Positions 21,452-31,641 of a DNA stretch of 32,000 nt are shown here, in pieces (position 1 is the first letter of the stretch; the number at the start of each line of letters is the position of its first letter). Made by a program: the position numbers and the translations under genes. The notes under the pieces were generated by a model. It was not told where the DNA came from, did not search any database, and saw nothing but the letters and a program-made list of their open reading frames with translations. The stretch lies in NCBI GenBank assembly GCA_963677765.1, contig OY782392.1, positions 330,001 through 362,000 on the forward strand, given 5' to 3'. The stretch is from Candidatus Saccharimonadota bacterium. GTDB lineage: Bacteria > Patescibacteriota > Gracilibacteria > BD1-5 > UBA6164.

Positions 21452-21477
21452 TGTATATTAATATATATTAATATACA
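21452..21477. repeat. Perfect 26-nt palindrome in the rpsU / rbfA divergent promoter region
   Basis: tgtatattaatatatattaatataca equals its own reverse complement. It ends 17 nt before the rbfA ATG. Confidence 0.8.
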
Positions 21478-21494
21478 TTAAAAACAATCAAATA

Positions 21495-21833
21495 ATGAAC
21501 AAAGATAGAATAAAAAAATTAGAAAGTTTATCAAGAGAAATACTATGAAATCTTATAATGGAAGAAGTTAATGATGTTCAAAGTGAATTTTGAATAATAA
21601 ACATAACAGATATAGTTATAAGTAGTGATTTATCATATTTAGATGTATGGGTAAGTTCATTTAAAAACAAAGATATATTAGCCAAAACTATTGCAAAACA
21701 TAACCATGAAATACAAAGAAAATACAACAAAGCTATAAATATAAGAAAACTCCCTAGAATTAGATATAGATATGATAACAAATGAGAAATCTGACAACAA
21801 GTATGTGATACAATTAATAATGTTACTAAGTAA
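21495..21833 (+). CDS. rbfA: Ribosome-binding factor A
   Basis: 112 aa. RIKKLESLSREILGNLIMEEVNDVQSEFGIINITDIVISSDLSYLDVWVSSF...IRKLPRIRYRYDNKGEIGQQV, the RbfA KH-like pattern (itit.V.vs.DL..a.V.vs; lR..P.l.F..D). Confidence 0.8.
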
Positions 21834-21841
21834 TCTAAAAA

Positions 21842-22810
21842 ATGTTAAAAAAATTTAATATAAAAATAAATGAAATAAAAGAAAAGATTCAGAAAATATC
21901 TAAAAAAAATAACAAAAAAAAGATAGAATCAAGACTTTTACTGAGTAAAATAGATCAAGTAAAATTTAGAAAAAAAAGAAAAAATATTAATATAAATTTT
22001 TCTAAATCAAAAATAAGTTTTCTAAATCAAAAAAAATATATTCCATATTTTTTAATTAGTATTATTGTTATAATAATACTGACTATAGCTACATTTTTAT
22101 GACCGTTATTCAATATAAAATATATTGAAATAACAAAAATGGATAATATTACAAATATGGATATAGCATATAAATCTGTTGAAGATTTTAGATGAAAAAA
22201 TATATTTAATATTAAAGAAATAGATATATTTAATAAATTAAAAAATTATCAAGATAACATAAGAAGTCTTGATATGACAGTAAAACTACCAAATACAATA
22301 AAATTAGAAATATGATCTTTTAAAGAGATATTTAATGTAGTTATAAATGAAAAAAATTATTCTATATTAGAAAATTGAACATTAATTCCAAAGAATAACT
22401 TTAATGAAGATTTAAAATTAATAAAATTAAAAAAAGATTTTAAAGATTCTATGTTCCTAGAATATAGAAAAATTCTAAATCCAGAATATTTATCAAAAAT
22501 AACTGAAATACAAAGACTTTTAAAAGATAATATAGTAGATCTAATAATAAAAGATATAATTTATTATGAAACTCAAAGAGAGCTACATATAACTACTGAA
22601 AATGATGTTATTATTATATTTACTCTAGATTGAAATATAAATATAGAAGAGCAAATAAAAAGCTTAGTTATATTTAATCAAGAAAGAGAGCAAATAAGTA
22701 AATCAAGTATTGTATATATAGATTTAAGAATAAAAAATAAAATATTTTTCTGTCCAAGTGAGAACTACAATAGTTGTCAAAGAAACATAAAAAGTATTTA
22801 CTGAGAGTAA
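21842..22810 (+). CDS. ftsQ: Cell division protein FtsQ/DivIB-like (TM + POTRA)
   Basis: 322 aa. Lys-rich cytoplasmic N-terminus, TM helix YIPYFLISIIVIIILTIATFLG, then a POTRA-like segment FNIKYIEITKMDNITNMDIAYKSVEDFRGKNIFNIKEIDIFNKLKNYQDNIRSLDMTVKLPNTIKLEI. Track ORF 21842..22102 is the N-terminal fragment. Confidence 0.55.
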
Positions 22811-22819
22811 ATACTTTTT
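22789..22819. terminator. Bidirectional terminator shared by convergent genes
   Basis: 12-bp perfect stem aaaaagtattta / taaatacttttt, loop ctgagag. The ftsQ-like stop (22808-22810) and the minus-gene stop (22818-22820) both lie in or at the right arm. Confidence 0.7.
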
Positions 22820-23342
22820 ATATTTTTGTTTTAATTCAAACTATTAATCATCAATTCACTGAGTTTTTAAAATATAGCCTATCAACTAGTTTTACTATTA
22901 TTAAAAATAATCATCTTCATCTAATAGAATTATGCCCAAAATATCATAATTTTAATTTATGAGCTCTCATTGTTTCCATATCTAAGGCAGTTTTTGGATG
23001 CTTTCAATTTCACATATCTTCTACTTCCAAATTAAAAAACCTTTCATTTTCTTCCATATGAGACTCAATTCTCATTATATTAAAAGATTCTGGAGAACTT
23101 CAATATTCTATAGAATTATTATTTAATTCATCCGCAATAAGGATAAATCTTCATTTTTGCTTATCTGAAAATCATAATTTCTCACAAATAATATCTACAA
23201 AGTCTCTTAAGTCCTTTGTATTTTCAAATTTTGATTGATAAATAAACTCTACAGATATATATGAATCACTATCTATTAATGATTCAACTATAGAAAATTT
23301 ATTGTGGTTATCGGCTAATTTATCTATGTAAATTTTATTCAT
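22818..23342 (-). CDS. Histidine-kinase-like ATPase, anti-sigma factor RsbW/SpoIIAB family (HATPase_c_2-like)
   Basis: 174 aa. ADELNNNSIEYG (N-box-like), NLEVEDMGNG (G1-like), IRGRGLFLIIVKLVDRLYFKNSVNGGLIVGIKTKI (G2 plus C-terminal strand). Confidence 0.5.
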
Positions 23343-23401
23343 AAATAAAAGTTGTATAATATAATCTATATGATTATAACATTAAAAACAAAAAAAAACA
23401 A

Positions 23402-23439
23402 AAAAAATGTATTTATCAATATTGATAAATACATTTTTT
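23402..23439 (-). terminator. Terminator after hup
   Basis: aaaaaatgtatttatcaat / attgataaatacatttttt, a near-19-bp perfect inverted repeat 12 nt downstream of the hup stop. Confidence 0.75.
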
Positions 23440-23450
23440 AATTTATAAAA

Positions 23451-23723
23451 TTATCTTACAGATTCTTTTAAAGTTTTACCAGCTCTAAATACAGGAGAAT
23501 TCATAGCAGGTATTTTAATTGGTTCTCTAGTTCTTGGATTTAATCCATTTCTAGCAGCTCTAGAAGAAACTTTAAATGCACCAAAACCAGTAATATTAAC
23601 TTCATTTCCAGCTTTTAATTCTGAAGTAATAACATCAATCATAGATGTTAAAGCTTTAGAAACAGCATCTTGGCTTAAACCAGCATCAGCAGCAACTGCT
23701 TTAATAAAATCTTGTTTTTTCAT
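23451..23723 (-). CDS. hup: DNA-binding protein HU
   Basis: 90 aa, intact even in the standard code. MKKQDFIKAVAADAGLSQDAVSKALTSMIDVITSELKAGNEVNITGFGAFKVSSRAARNGLNPRTREPIKIPAMNSPVFRAGKTLKESV. Confidence 0.93.
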   Translation of the reverse strand: MKKQDFIKAVAADAGLSQDAVSKALTSMIDVITSELKAGNEVNITGFGAFKVSSRAARNGLNPRTREPIKIPAMNSPVFRAGKTLKESVR

Positions 23724-23837
23724 ATTAACAAAATGTTATAAATATAAACACCCTTAATTTTAGCTATCTTTAAAGCAATTGCAAATTTTTTTTATAAAAA
23801 AATAGCTAAAATATAACAATTTTTAAAAACAAAAAAT

Positions 23838-23863
23838 AAAAATGGCTATAATTAGCCATTTTT
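23838..23863 (-). terminator. Terminator after the pseudopilin operon
   Basis: 11-bp perfect stem aaaaatggcta / tagccattttt, loop taat, 7 nt downstream of the stop at 23870-23872. Confidence 0.7.
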
Positions 23864-23869
23864 ATTTTT

Positions 23870-24679
23870 TTAATTACTATATATAGAGTATCTTAATATA
23901 TTTAAAAATTCATTATTATCTAATTGGGTATTTAAATTTTGCCTATAATCCCCTACTTCTCAACTAGATATTATATTAAGAATTGGTTTAGTAAAAAATT
24001 CACTTGAAGATATTGTTGAAATTTCATAAACAATTTCTCAAGAGTTACTAGTATTATTTAATATTAAATAATTAGTATTAGACATTCCTAAAAATGTTGA
24101 TATTTCCTTCTCTGAATAAACTAATTGTCATAATCAATCTAATTTTTTTTCATTTCAAGAAGTTGTTAATCATTTTCATGACAATCAAGAGTTAGATCAA
24201 ACTATATTCCATGATAAATTATTCTCATCTCAAGATAATATTGATATATTATAATTAGAAATAGGATATTCACTTGATTCATCTAAATAAAATAAAGGTA
24301 TTATATCATATCATAATGGTTTAATAGTACCTTCATAGCTATTTACTTTTCAATCATTACTATAAAAGATTTTTACATCTCTTTTAGGATGAAATAAAGA
24401 CTTATCTAATGGATTTTCAGATAATATAACTGATTTATCATTTACTGTATCAGAAATTTCTCAAGCATAACCATATCAATATTTTTTTATTCATAATAAA
24501 GCTAATTCTTGAGAAGATTCTGCTCATGCAAAAGATTTCATATAATCTCACATAGCTCTATTTATTTTCATTTCATTTAATATCAATCTAAAAATTCAAA
24601 TTGATAAAACTAGTAAAAAACCTATTAATAATAACGCTACAATAGTTGAATATCATTTATTATTTTTTATATTTTTCAT
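23870..24679 (-). CDS. PilX-like minor pilin / pilus assembly protein
   Basis: 269 aa. MKNIKNNKG|YSTIVALLLIGFLLVLSIGIFRLILNEMKINRAMGDYMKSFAGAESSQELALL. Prepilin-like leader without Glu at +5, followed by a helix, as in PilX_N family proteins. Confidence 0.55.
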
Positions 24680-24682
24680 AAT

Positions 24683-25258
24683 TTAAAAAGGTCTATAATT
24701 TATAGTAGTTTGAAAATTTAATGTATTTTCTTCTATTTGAGTAGATTTAACTCAAGACTTTGTAGTTGGCATTAAAACCATTGATATTGTAACTTTTTTA
24801 GAAAATGTATCAGTAACAATAAAATTCAATTTTTTTATAGAAACTAAGCTATTAGTTATAGGAACTCAATTTTTTACAATATAACAATGGTCTTGTATAT
24901 TTCAACAGTCTGCATTACTAACTCTTATATAAGAACCTCAATTAAATTTTGCAATATAATATTCATCTGATGAAATACATAATTTAGTTCAAACCTTATA
25001 ATTATTAGATCAAGTATTAAAATCACAAGAATCGATATATGAATTTGAAACACCATCTATTCAGTTATTTATAACATTTTCAGATATATCAGTAAATACA
25101 TTTTTAGTATTTTCATGCATAGCTCTATTAATATCTGACTTTAATGAAGTATCTGAAGCCAATATATATATAGCCATTACAGATATCATTATCATAGAAA
25201 ATATAGTTACTCATATAACAACTTCTATAAGAGTAAATCAATTATTATTATTTTTCAT
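24683..25258 (-). CDS. Prepilin-type N-terminal cleavage/methylation domain protein (pseudopilin)
   Basis: 191 aa. MKNNNNG|FTLIEVVIGVTIFSMIMISVMAIY is a canonical G|FTLIE site, and its Gly is a TGA codon. Several Cys in the C-terminal globular part. Confidence 0.8.
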
Positions 25259-25259
25259 A

Positions 25260-25874
25260 TTAAAATCTTTTAAAATCTGTAAATATATTATTTAATTCAA
25301 ATTCATTATATCATCTACTGTACCATATAACTTTAGATTTTACGTTAAATGCTCAATCAATAATTTTAGTATTTACTCACTCTTTATATTCTACTGGTTC
25401 TATAGATATATACCTATAAAATGGAGTTTCTTTATTTCATATACAATCAAAAGTATATAAATTTTGTGAATTTAAACACAACCTGTAACTTTGCATTTTT
25501 GTAGATATTTCTGATTCTCACTCAGCAAAATCAATAATCTCACTAACTCTTACTGGAAAATTATCTGGGTTAGTAGAGAAATTATTTTCAATTCTATAAT
25601 TTTTTCAAATTTCAAATTGATTTGAATGATTATCTGTAGATGGATTTATTTGGTTATAAACTTGTATTTTTTCATAATTACTATCTCTAATATTCCTAAC
25701 AAGCTCAACTTGTTCCCTAGCAAGATTTGCTGCTATTATATAGTTTTTATTATAATCATTTAATTTTAACGTAGTTATAATAAGAGAGTAAACACTTATT
25801 ATTCAAATAGAGAAAATAAATATACCTATCATTATTTCTATTATAGAGAATCACGATTTATTTATATTTTTCAT
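25260..25874 (-). CDS. Prepilin-type N-terminal cleavage/methylation domain protein (PilV-like)
   Basis: 204 aa. MKNINKSG|FSIIEIMIGIFIFSIGIISVYSLIITTLKLNDYNKNYIIAANLAREQVELVRNIRD. Stop lies 1 nt before the next ATG. Confidence 0.75.
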
Positions 25875-25878
25875 AATT

Positions 25879-26448
25879 TTATTTATAATCTATTATATTA
25901 GTATTTGTATAGTAATTAAGCCTTGATTTTAAACTATCACTAGATGAGTTTTTATAAGATATAGTTATCTCTAATATATCATCTATTACTTCTATTTTAT
26001 TTCAAGAATTAAAAGTATAAATTTTTGATTTTCATGTAATAGATTCATAAAAAAATAATAAATTATCATAAGTTCATAAATCAACAATAGATACTCAATC
26101 TTGTAATTTTTTTTCTTTTATTAATTCTGTAAATCATCAAACACTATTAGTTATATTAATTTCTTCTATATCATAAGGATAACTAAAAAAATTTATTGTA
26201 TTTGATGTTAAAGGATCAGTTGTAATATATAATCATACTGATTTATTTGAATTATTACTAGTTATTCATCAAGTAGCCATATTTTTAGATTCATAAAAAC
26301 TTTGACTAATTTCACGAGATGCTATTTTTATTTTTGCCTTATTTTGATAATGACTATAAGGAACATAAGTCATAAGAGTTAATAAAACTACTATAGTAGA
26401 TGCAACTAGAAACTCCATAAGAGTGAAACCTTTAAGATTTTTTTTCAT
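25879..26448 (-). CDS. Prepilin-type N-terminal cleavage/methylation domain protein (GspH/FimT-like)
   Basis: 189 aa. MKKNLKG|FTLMEFLVASTIVVLLTLMTYVPYSHYQNKAKIKIASREISQSFYESKNMA. Confidence 0.75.
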
Positions 26449-26487
26449 AAAATAAAATTATTTTTTATATATTTTTTATTATAAAGA

Positions 26488-26523
26488 AAAAAGCCAGAAA
26501 TTAAAAATAATTTTTGGCTTTTT
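26488..26523 (-). terminator. Long hairpin between pilC and the pseudopilin genes (terminator or attenuator)
   Basis: aaaaagcca g aaatta aaaa taattt t tggcttttt, a compound stem that overlaps the pilC stop (26522-26524). Confidence 0.5.
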
Positions 26524-27613
26524 ATCAAACAGTTTGTGTTACTTGTAATATAGCACCGAATATAGCAAAAGAAAACCATAAAATAAATACTCATGATATT
26601 AAAATTGCAATTGGTTCTATCCATTTAGTTAATCTTGCTAAAGAGTAATCAACTTCCTTTTGATATTGTATATTAATTTTATGACATATAGATTCTAAAC
26701 TAGCAGTTTTTTCTCAAACTGATAACATTTGCAAATAATCCGAAGTAAAATATTCTTTATTTTCATCTATTTCTTCTATTGCATGAACAATTGTATCACC
26801 AGATGATACTTTTGATATTATATCATCAAAAATTGACATATAAACAACACTATTAGTAGCTTTTCAAACTAAGTTCAAACTCTTTACTATTCATATTCAA
26901 GATCAAACTAAACTAGATAAATTTGCTGCTATATTAGCTAAGATATAATTTTTATATATTTTTCATATTAAAGGAAAACTAAGAACAAAATTCTCTAAAG
27001 ATTCTTTTCAAGATTTTGTATTTTTGTATATCAAAAATAATACAAATATTGTAGAAAAGAAAAGTATTAAAATCCAATAATTTTGTATTATAAAATCAGA
27101 AGTTCAAATCAAGGCTTTAGTTGCAACTGGAAGTTCTACATCTGAATCTATAAATAATGGCTGAATAGCTGGTATAACATAAGCTAGAACTATTACTAGA
27201 GCCAAAATTAAAAATATAAAAATAATTAAAGGATATGTAAGAGCTCATTTAATTTTATTTTTAAGTTCATGCATTTTTTTTAAATCATCACTTAATTTCA
27301 TAAGTGACAATGATAATTGTCATGTTGTTTCTCATGCTTCAATTATAGAAATTTCAGATGAATCAAAAACATTAGGAATTTTCTTCATAGATTTTGAAAA
27401 TGAATCTCAAGAAGAAATATAAGTTATTAACTCTTTTATTTTTTGCTTAAAATAAATACTAGAAATTTTAGATTCTACTGATTTTAAAGCATCTGTTACT
27501 CATACTCATCAATCCAACATAACAGAAATATATTCATAAAAATTATATTTATCGATAATTCATACTTTTTTTCTGAATACTATTTCTTTATTTATATTAT
27601 TTTTTTCTTCCAT
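26522..27613 (-). CDS. pilC: Type II secretion system F family / type IV pilus platform protein PilC
   Basis: 363 aa. Two GspF repeats: FYEYISVMLDGGVGVTDALKSV...SEISIIEAGETTGQLSLSL and ANIAANLSSLVGSGIGIVKSLNLV...DYLQMLSVGEKTASLESI. Three TM segments (ALTYPLIIFIFLILALVIVLAYVIP, etc.). Confidence 0.85.
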
Positions 27614-27617
27614 AATC

Positions 27618-28169
27618 TTATTTATAAAATATTTTTAAAGGAATATTAACATTAAAACTTGATCATGAGCTAATTTTTGGATAAACAAATGAATTTATAA
27701 AAAACTTATATTTAGATTCTTCTCATGTAAAAAAATCTAATATATCCATAAGTCTTTGTTCAGATGGTAATCTAAGACTTAAATTTAAAGTAGCCTCATT
27801 AAAACCAATTTCATTTATATCACCTTTTGTTATAGAAATATTTCTTACAACAGCAGCTCAATCATCATAATTTAGATTATCAGATTCAATTTTAGAATAA
27901 ATATATTCTAAAATTTCATCTTCTTTTATTTCCATTAAATAAGGGCTTACTTTTGTTGTATCAGCATCTTTTAACTTTTTTTCAATTTCATTTAACTTTG
28001 TTAATTTATTTCTAGAATCATTTTCTATATTAGAATTTATAGATATTTCATCTAATTTTAATTGAGCATCTGATATTTGGATTCTAGTAACTAATATTAA
28101 TATAAATATAGATATTAATATTATTATGTAACCATAAATCTTATTATTATTTTTGTTAAAACTTGTCAT
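27618..28169 (-). CDS. PilO-like pilus assembly protein
   Basis: 183 aa. N-terminal TM helix IYGYIIILISIFILILV, coiled coil, then a C-terminal alpha/beta part (ATLNLSLRLPSEQRLMDILDFFTGEESKYKFFINSFVYP...FNVNIPLKIFYK). Architecture and position resemble PilO. Track ORF 27858..28169 is the N-terminal fragment. Confidence 0.45.
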
Positions 28170-28191
28170 AGTATTTTTATTAGATTTAAAA

Positions 28192-28716
28192 TTATTTTAA
28201 TTCAAAATTTAAATTATATTTTATTATATCCATTCATTCAAATGAACTAATAAAATCTAAGTCAAATATAGCTGTTTCTGACAATCTATAATCTCTTATA
28301 AATTGGATAGTTTTAGATGAAGCAATTCATCATTCAGAGTTTGATTGAGCTATAGCAGTAGTAGAAATATTTCAATTATTATAATTAAATCAATCAAATG
28401 AAATATCATAATATTTTCAAACTTCTGAAAAATGTTTTATATATTCTGTAATTTTATTCCTTTTTTCTAACTCTCATATTATTCATTTATTCATTTCCAA
28501 AAGAGAATAAACTTGCACTTGTGGATTTTTCTCTATTTCATTTATTTTAGAATTAACATTATCGATTCTAGTTAATATATCTTGATTTTTATTATCTAAA
28601 TGGTTGTTATAAAAAAACATAGCTATAGTTAACACTAAAACAAAAACTAAAAATCATATAGATCAAACTGGAAGATTATTTTTATTATTTGAAATAATAT
28701 ATTTTTTTTCTGACAT
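28192..28716 (-). CDS. PilN-like pilus assembly protein
   Basis: 174 aa. Short cytoplasmic N-terminus with NNLPV, TM helix GSIGFLVFVLVLTIAMFF, coiled coil. Assigned from architecture and position immediately upstream of the PilO-like gene. Confidence 0.35.
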
Positions 28717-28784
28717 ATTTTATTATTAAAAATTATTTATACATAATAAATAATAGCATATTAAAAAATTAAAAACAAATAAAA

Positions 28785-28810
28785 AAATTGACTTTATAAA
28801 AAGTCAATTT
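28785..28810 (-). terminator. Terminator after the VirB2-like pilin gene
   Basis: 11-bp perfect stem aaattgacttt / aaagtcaattt, loop ataa, 1 nt downstream of the stop at 28812-28814. Confidence 0.7.
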
Positions 28811-28811
28811 C

Positions 28812-29228
28812 TTATATACTTTGAGTAAGAATTCAAATAACAAATTTAGTTATTGGTCAAGCTAAATATATTATTACTAATCAAATAATTGTAAAGATAA
28901 TAATTGTTTTTGATTTTTTTGATTTTTCCTCATCTCATGCAGATGTAAGAAGATTAAATCATGCATATATTATTATGATAACTGCTATAAGAGATAAAAA
29001 ACCTAATATATAAACAGTTATTCATTGAATATATTCTGATGCTTTACCTTCTGTTACCAATCAGTCAACTCAAGAGTTTTTTACTTGTTCAATTCATTGT
29101 TGTAAACCACAATCATTTCATTCACAATAAGGAATTTCACTATCTGAACCTCAAAATATAGAAGCAGAAGCTATAGGAGTTATTATTAGAAAAAATAAAC
29201 TAATAAATGTTAAAATAATTTTTTTCAT
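28812..29228 (-). CDS. TrbC/VirB2-like (T4SS-type) pilin family small membrane protein
   Basis: 138 aa. Signal peptide MKKIILTFISLFFLIITPIASA, then two TM helices flanking a short charged loop: YIQGITVYILGFLSLIAVIIIIYAGFNLLTSAGDEEKSKKSKTIIIFTIIGLVIIYLAG. This is the pattern of CPR-type T4SS pilin-family proteins. Confidence 0.5.
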
Positions 29229-29328
29229 ATAAAATTAAATAAGTTTTAAATTTTCTCTATTATAAAAAAAATTTTATTAAAATCAAAAAATAAATAAACT
29301 AAGAACACTTATTTTTAACAAAAAATTA

Positions 29329-30336
29329 ATGAATTATAAAAATATAATAACAATTATATTATTTTCCTTATTTGTATCTATAGCATATTATTTTAACTGA
29401 TTTATTTGAATACTAAGTTTTATAGTAAGTATATGATTTTACACAATTATATTTTATAGTTTTCATATAATATGGAAAAAATTAACAAAAAAAGAAATAA
29501 CTGATTTATATCAATATTGTAAATCATTTTTATTTAGATTATGATTATTTATATTTATTACTTCCTGAATAATTGGTTCATGGGCTTACTTATCAAATGA
29601 AGTATTCAAAGCTAAAATGCCTGAATACACAATAAGTAACTGAGAAAAAATTGTAAAGTTCCAAGCAATGGTTCACATATGAAGTGAAAGTTTTTATAAA
29701 GAAATTCAAAATAATTTAAAAGAATTTAAAGAAGAGTGATGAGTATATTTTTTTGAATGAGTAAGGCAGTGAACTCAAGAAAGTATGGATAAATTTAATC
29801 AAGCATTATGAATGAATTTTGATCAAGATCTATATAAAAATGTATCAAAACTTTATGGAGTACAATATCAAAATACTAACGATTTTTTGTGAATAGTTAA
29901 TGATTTAGATTTTAATATAGACTTAAATATAGATGAAATAATAAGTATATATGATGAGAAAGTTAGTAGTGAAAATAAATCAAATAATTCAAATGAAGTA
30001 ATAGATGCAAATAAACAAATAATTGATTTACTTAGCCAATTAAATGAGAAAGAATTAAAACTATTAGTATATATAAATCAAGCTATTTTAAATACAATAA
30101 TTTGAAATGAAGATATACAATCACAATTAAGTAAATCAATTTGAAAACAAGATATTTTTAGTGTTATAATTGATGATAGAGACTTGAATTTAGCAAAAGA
30201 AGTAAATAATTCAGAATATGAAAAAATATATATAACATACTGATTACTTCATTTTAAATGATTTTTCAACAAACTAAAAAGTATGGATGAAAATTGGGAA
30301 ATAGTAGAAGTAAAAAATCTATATCCTATAGACTAA
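29329..30336 (+). CDS. Membrane protein, possibly TraB/GumN family
   Basis: 335 aa. Three N-terminal TM segments, then KFQAMVHIGSESFYKEIQNNLKEFKEEGGVYFFEGV and a C-terminal YITYGLLHFKG. These resemble the two conserved His blocks of TraB/GumN proteins, but the match is weak. Confidence 0.35.
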
Positions 30337-30367
30337 AAAAAGAATTAGATAAACTAATTCTTTTTTT
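30335..30367. terminator. Bidirectional terminator shared by convergent genes
   Basis: 14-bp perfect stem aaaaaaagaattag / ctaattcttttttt, loop ataaa. The plus-gene stop (30334-30336) and the minus-gene stop (30367-30369) sit at the two feet. Confidence 0.75.
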
Positions 30368-31335
30368 TAATCGTTATAAAATATCGAACTAACATATAAA
30401 TACCCCCCTATAAAATATATAAATAAAACAAAACTAAATCATAAAGTTAAAAAAACATTAAAAATAGTATGAAGTAATATACTAACAACAAGTCAAAATA
30501 AAAATATTTTTAAATATGGAAAGCTTAATTCTTTTTCTCTATATAAAAGTAATGCTTTTGAAAAATAATAAGCTACAACACTACTAGCCAATATATGTAA
30601 AACAACTGAAAATGTAGAGCGAAAAAAGTATAGTTTTAATAATTCTCAATTTAATCAATATCATTGGTAATAATTGTATAAATATAATATATTTTCTACA
30701 AAACTAAATCATAAAGCTATAAATATAGAGTATAAAACTCAATCTTTTATAGATTTTATTTTAAAAACATCTGATTGTAAAAAATTGAAATGCTTAGCTG
30801 CCTCTTCTATAAATGCTACTATAAAATAATAAAAAATTATTAATTTAAATGTATCAAAAATTATAGATCAAAAGTTAATGGGGTTATTTATTTCAAAATC
30901 TATATATATTAATAAATAATTAAGAAAATATAAAAAAATACTTGATATAAATATAAAAAAAAGAAAAACTAATATATTTTTTATAAATATTTTTAATATA
31001 TTAAATTTATTCCTTAAAAAAGCTCATAAAATAAAAGAAAAAATAACTATCAATCACAAGAAAAAACTAAGAGACAATCAAAATTCAAAACTTGTTAATA
31101 TAGATTTTAACTCTGAAGCAAAATAAAAAACATTTAAATATTTAAAATCTAAAATATCCAATATTTTATCCATATTTAAAATTGGAAAAACAGCTAATGA
31201 TCAACCTAGAATTCATAAAATAAATCTTTTTTTATTTATAGGGTTATCATCTATATAAGTAAAAGAATAAGCCCAAATAACAATAGGAAAAAATGAAATA
31301 AGAGCTAAAAGTAAGTATAAAAAAATATCTTTCAT
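30367..31335 (-). CDS. PrsW family intramembrane metalloprotease
   Basis: 322 aa polytopic membrane protein with FIEEAAKHFNF (EExxK), ALGFSFVENILYLY (FxxxEN), FFRSTFSVVLHILAS and LLHTIFNVF, the conserved PrsW blocks. Confidence 0.65.
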
Positions 31336-31387
31336 AAGTTATTTTTATTTTGTTAATTAATTTAATTATAACATTTTTTATAACAAA

Positions 31388-31420
31388 ATAAAATAGAGTT
31401 TTTAAAAAACTCTATTTTAT
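31388..31420 (-). terminator. Terminator after the small membrane protein gene
   Basis: 13-bp perfect stem ataaaatagagtt / aactctattttat, loop tttaaaa, abutting the stop at 31420-31422. Confidence 0.65.
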
Positions 31421-31623
31421 TATTTTTTATTTCTATATATTTTATAATTTCAAAAACTTACATAATCTTCCCTATTTTCTTTATTTGATTTAAAAAATCA
31501 AAAAAAAGCTAACATATTAAGTCAAATAAATATGAAAAATCCTCAAATTAAAAAAACTAATATTGCAGGAAATGCTATTATAACTACTCAAAAGATAACT
31601 AATCAAATTGCTAAACCTTTCAT
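31420..31623 (-). CDS. Small membrane protein (67 aa, two TM segments; DUF3096-like)
   Basis: MKGLAIGLVIFGVVIIAFPAILVFLIGGFFIFIGLNMLAFFGFFKSNKENREDYVSFGNYKIYRNKK. Confidence 0.45.
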
Positions 31624-31641
31624 AAATTTTAATATTAATAA

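Noticed and set aside
21998-22032. Direct repeat ttttctaaatcaaaaa x2 inside the ftsQ-like gene
   Set aside because: It is a short low-complexity duplication within the Lys-rich cytoplasmic tail (FSKSKISFLNQKK). There is no evidence of a repeat element or slippage-based phase variation.
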